From IMG/VR virus record IMGVR_UViG_3300035689_000007, positions 1-64,000 of that record: a stretch of 64,000 nucleotides of DNA, one strand, 5' to 3'. This document shows, piece after piece, positions 62,101 through 64,000 of the stretch; position 1 is the first letter of the stretch; every line of letters starts with the position of its first letter. The notes under the pieces are model-generated. The model worked only from the letters and a program-made list of their open reading frames with translations. It did not search any database and had not been told where the DNA came from. This DNA is from a virus. A program made the translations under genes and the position numbers.

Positions 62101-63833
62101 TCTATTCCTGCTACAGTTTTTCTCATTATCCCTTCTGGTTGTAAAAACACACCACCAATATCTAATTCTTTGTCTTGAGGATCTTTATCTCCAGCGGCAC
62201 GAATAACAGCTTGAATTTGTTGATCATTTATCTTGAATGTAGAACTGACACCATCTGATTCTAATTTTTCCTGTAAATTTTTTCTCGTTCCCTGTTTTCC
62301 ACCCTTTTGGAATCTATTCTCATTCATAGCAGCAAGATTACTAGCACCTAATCTATTGACGCTACTCTTTCTAATAACAAATTCGCCGGGTTGTAACATT
62401 GCTGGAACAGTATCTCTATTGCCACTGCCGGGAACCATACCACCCCTAGCAAAATAATGAACTTGACCTCCGCGAGACATTCTTCTACCACCACCACCGC
62501 CACCTAATCCGGCTGAAATACCACCTAAAAATCCACCAATACCTTGTGCCGCTTTAATGCTAGCAAATGTTAATAATAATGGTATAACGGGTTTTAACGA
62601 ATCTGCAAGTTTAATTAGTGCGCTCGCTAATTTCAAAGTAGTATCAGCAAGAACTTGGAAAGTGCCAGTTTGTGTAATACTTCTAATTAGTGCTAGAAAT
62701 TCTTCTTTAACTTTGATAATTCTTATAGCAAGAGATTGTTGTGCAGTAGCAACGTCATTAGCCAAAGAACCCGCGCCCTCTTGTGCGACATTTAAAGCTT
62801 CTTGAGCAACAGCAAACTGTTGTAAGAGTGGAATAACTTTACCAATCTGTCTAAAGCCACCAAGCTCTTCTGCAACGCGAATAAATGTAATATCGCCCTG
62901 TTCTAATCCACCAAGGGCTTCGCTCAATCTTTTAATGGCTTCAAACGGTCCAACGAATTTACCCTGTAAATCTACAAGCTCTACACCAAACTGTTTTAAG
63001 AATTCAATTGTTTTGGGGCGTTGGATACGTGTAAAAATTGTACGTAAACCAGTACCAATACTTTCTGCACTTTCTCGCGTAGTCGCTCTTACGCTGGTGA
63101 ACAATGCCAAGAGTTCATTAAGACTACCGCCAGAAGATTTAAACACACCGCCCGTTCTACGAACAACGTCGATCAAGTCAGATGATTCAACAGCAAACGC
63201 CGCTGAAACAGCGTTAACTGAACCAAGTTGTTGTTCTAAGGCAGCGGCACCAGCTCTAAACTGATTAAAAATAGCCACAGCGCCTTCTGTGGTTTCTGTA
63301 ATATCATCGAACGTTGGCGACAATTGAGTTTGTGCTAAAGTTCTAAGTGCTATTTCTGTATCTTTGGCAGTTAAACCAGCTTGTGCTAAAATCGTTGAAA
63401 CATTTATCAAACTAGAAGAACTAACACCTAAATTAGTAGCTAAAGATGTAATTGTCTCACTAAGAGAAGAAAGTTGTGTGATAGTCTTGCCAGTGACCTG
63501 ACTTATACGAACTAACTCTCTTTCAAATTTTATAGCTTCATCTACGGCGCTGGAAATTGTATTAGTAAAAAGACTAACAGCCCTAGTTGCTACGGCTAGG
63601 GCTGAAAATCTTCTTACTGATGTTACGAATGTTCTGCCTAGTCTTTCTGACGCTACAGTAGCTCTATCAGTAGACTGAGTTAATTGATCTATTTCAGATC
63701 TAGCTCTTGCAGCATTATTTACCTGTATATTAACTCTAACATTATCAAGTTGACTTTGGATTTGTCTAACAACTTGATTAACATTTGAGGGCGCTTGTAT
63801 ATTTAACTGTGCTGTGAGTACAAATCTTGACAT
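56136..63833 (-). CDS. Tail tape measure protein (TP901-like core) with internal accessory segments
   Basis: N-terminal core (FERELVRISQVTG, LAQAGL, ESIGTGLRTIFTR), Ala/Gln/Glu-rich helices, TM/glycine-zipper segments, two GG...DTVPA.L.PGEFV motifs. Confidence 0.92.
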   Translation of the reverse strand: MSRFVLTAQLNIQAPSNVNQVVRQIQSQLDNVRVNIQVNNAARARSEIDQLTQSTDRATVASERLGRTFVTSVRRFSALAVATRAVSLFTNTISSAVDEAIKFERELVRISQVTGKTITQLSSLSETITSLATNLGVSSSSLINVSTILAQAGLTAKDTEIALRTLAQTQLSPTFDDITETTEGAVAIFNQFRAGAAALEQQLGSVNAVSAAFAVESSDLIDVVRRTGGVFKSSGGSLNELLALFTSVRATTRESAESIGTGLRTIFTRIQRPKTIEFLKQFGVELVDLQGKFVGPFEAIKRLSEALGGLEQGDITFIRVAEELGGFRQIGKVIPLLQQFAVAQEALNVAQEGAGSLANDVATAQQSLAIRIIKVKEEFLALIRSITQTGTFQVLADTTLKLASALIKLADSLKPVIPLLLTFASIKAAQGIGGFLGGISAGLGGGGGGRRMSRGGQVHYFARGGMVPGSGNRDTVPAMLQPGEFVIRKSSVNRLGASNLAAMNENRFQKGGKQGTRKNLQEKLESDGVSSTFKINDQQIQAVIRAAGDKDPQDKELDIGGVFLQPEGIMRKTVAGIDKSGINSMLNSVTSGLGKSATKTLTQELIGKFNSVSIGITSGSLSKTVSEQYKNGINTSLANFSNTFASQTFKNNPPFDSGKFSAALNRANIEQIEGGIFEAFVNGLSNSPFTENKINPNDTFDFPSGLGSAGQIFNLDSSLISDAKRTFSEDSLGSLAKKGTNKLVEGFRSTLANELISQNVGGFTSDIENRKKASTAEQRVSARKQKKFLGGIIRKFAAGGLATAPMVDDILQASGSILPNPSSAIQALIKSGGGAVDIDRTLKRTVGDLAYAKAKTPEAKQSVLQTYFRDEAKRLQDLKSSPLTQFGKELQAIIKSGQIDPRKISIISKSKRVKGAAEYLGGLFGIPTANMIFTQGASKQPALDSMRSKGPRADRSVKRFATGGNVGTDTVPALLTPGEFVINKQSAQNIGYGSLNRMNKVGKYAKGGIVGVQRFANGGKSKPPQFLGSGSEGFVDFDPSIFTGVSTTFKVLDKVTKNLSSRIANFAGFNQELSSGYASLSQQIKGVIGFSGGPLITALKDNAAANKLGSLTQFGIIDEISQYISSLDGNTAQHVIVQERLEAYGRALLEDTKVKQESAKTSKDVTKSPVSSSGEVDRNIDQEIANVKQRILSATNKELAYNTSTEQLARRGITATDAIQKERERLKEAIKAQAQAAFDQARKTIRSGASASRIDVRTGKEMSDKTAAAKAKKQQLQEAGFTKGGEKTEAILRGRRLATDPEYRARVESRDVGGGGFREERSRQEILERRATITRAERSARSDLRNTVQGASSPLPSNRASDAGNRGGAGGGGGGGGGGTPRRGGGDGMAAFAAFSAVTSALAMLAPTIDENSTSMDYFKKNISELGLQFSTVAFLLQQIPLGGIVDGFKGLLVNVGLMSSAAKVNAAANTANTITEGAETGANTANTASEVAETSANLAAVLANPFVLLAAAVLGAIGAFALWQSSIAEAAKAQKEKAIKEGDVNTAVLKAEEEVGAKERMVRPTGDELGNVGLGAASGAAIGLAVGSIVPVIGTTIGAAAGAIIGAGVGAMTASLEVDGDIIIKHAKAMALTNKATEKFQDAQDATSQKMEEFRNGTASAIDVLNAASSAQLAAVEARMANEEALSALQKELAEDTFSYMREALAWLSFGFVDSNAEVKQQKVQKQEELQKANKELDKTVLASAKPGIGLIQRQTANSGGSFQDVLNLLKQRDAEQGTNVVATLEREQDEAKAKGRDSELQRMEKEFNNLAKEAQRTREAFNAMNLGFNNVNAAASAASVGINNLIEAQDGSTSRLGQTISTLEAGITNAAQGISDTDWNSAVQEASGQLSKLGGDPAQIKKFEENLGAVNQAQKFFAQASEEAKAKLKADFERGVARGTGTADEKREALGEAVVNQLKDFAPEVKERIKKAIEGGKLSEDDMQQIVDGNFAPLQNALGELGEQTLSQVLPALQKVKESEEQLFKIQKQRIDLENKYIEAQKKTIDVQMEAAKIMEEFGGAAVTPEMQKQAILDKANLDSAQAGVSGLQTGSAAEFAQRSAETRAKMEELGAVRKSAASGDRGAQQQINPEFEAQEQRLADLAAKEQETIRALIDVKRQELKLVKAKNKAEKDAIDSLLSGNIEEFLNKQAGAGAAAAAAVGDPRLTSQFGFTAFGEATKQLQAQKEAGVREVFGQNIDQVTENAYAAGLANTGMSGDLKGMAEVAAGTTAEEKAIQEEARGLAAQLVPAAQNQELAAKLQLDAARALEEAAKKQMEAAVQNVKERTGEAGKAAEGAEAPKADQPAAPPPEPKAQAQPEAQASKPAPSSPFSALLANVSGSPALQARLAANTNYTPPSQTGTTPPANVATTPAPPVTNVPQVPQNTSSSGASPQQMMPTFNSDGIISAIGGLQSVLSTIATNTTPANGNAQPPIDLAALSNFSQSLTTFLGAFQANIDRLSSLGLNITLAPVTVTVNLMDGGIFKAIKDYANNQIIEAVTKEISKYKVGQGGTLSKSSSTVGR
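59698..59736 (-). repeat. (GGT)n trinucleotide run encoding a poly-Gly linker in the TMP
   Basis: Plus strand ccaccaccaccaccaccaccaccaccgccagcgccgcc, encoding GGAGGGGGGGGGGT. Confidence 0.8.
60770..62480 (-). repeat. Eight basic-aromatic-x-x-GG peptide motifs, two extended as DTVPAxLxPGEFV, within the TMP
   Basis: RRMSRGG, HYFARGG (62439-62453), NRFQKGG (62298-62315), KKFLGG, RKFAAGG (61434-61448), KRFATGG (60942-60956), GKYAKGG, QRFANGG. Confidence 0.8.
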
Positions 63834-63865
63834 TTAGTATCCTATGCTACAAGGCTATGATATTA

Positions 63866-64000
63866 TTATAGATCTTCCTCTTCTTTAGCAGCTTTTTTCT
63901 TCTTAGGTTTTTCTTCGGGAGTAACATGGATATCATCTTCATAGTCGGCTTGAATTAAGATCTGACCGCTATCTGATAATAAGTTGCCATCCCTATCTAT
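63866..64000 (-). CDS. 3' end of the gene upstream of the TMP (possible tail assembly chaperone), truncated by the window
   Basis: ...IDRDGNLLSDSGQILIQADYEDDIHVTPEEKPKKKKAAKEEEDL*; function inferred from position only. Confidence 0.6.
   Translation of the reverse strand: MDRDGNLLSDSGQILIQADYEDDIHVTPEEKPKKKKAAKEEEDL

Noticed and set aside
1-64000. Stop-codon reassignment, as in some large phages
   Set aside because: Known genes are full length in code 11, and TAA, TGA and TAG (e.g. 23600-23602) all end genes at expected positions.
1-64000. tRNA, rRNA, integrase, transposase or reverse transcriptase (DGR/retron)
   Set aside because: Intergenic gaps are almost all under 60 nt and none shows a cloverleaf; no such protein motifs were recognised.

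Overview
A 64 kb, AT-rich, very densely coded segment of a large tailed-phage (Caudoviricetes) genome in the standard genetic code, with two convergent arms meeting at a hairpin terminator near 32825-32851. The plus arm (1-32811) carries membrane/lipoprotein genes, class Ia ribonucleotide reductase (nrdA and nrdB separated by a Tat-signal DUF1501 gene), dUTPase, PhoH, RecA, DnaB, primase, dNMP kinase, a Cas4/AddB-like nuclease, SSB and a large glycosyltransferase cluster. It also carries a DnaE-type polymerase split into two intein-free genes, with an exonuclease, a glycosyltransferase-like gene and an HNH gene between the halves. The minus arm (32851-64000) is a tail module including a 3996-aa FG-GAP/LamG protein and a 2565-aa tape measure protein (TMP). 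The DUF1501 gene suggests a Planctomycetota/PVC host (inference). The strongest leads are: (1) the TMP has an internal cassette of basic-aromatic-x-x-GG motifs bracketing PD-(D/E)XK-like and HAD-like cargo segments; (2) a putative two-subunit DnaE; (3) near-complete CCWGG avoidance; (4) an integrin-alpha-like tail protein; (5) a viral glycan pathway with degenerate enzymes. All family assignments come from motif recognition by eye, not database searches.
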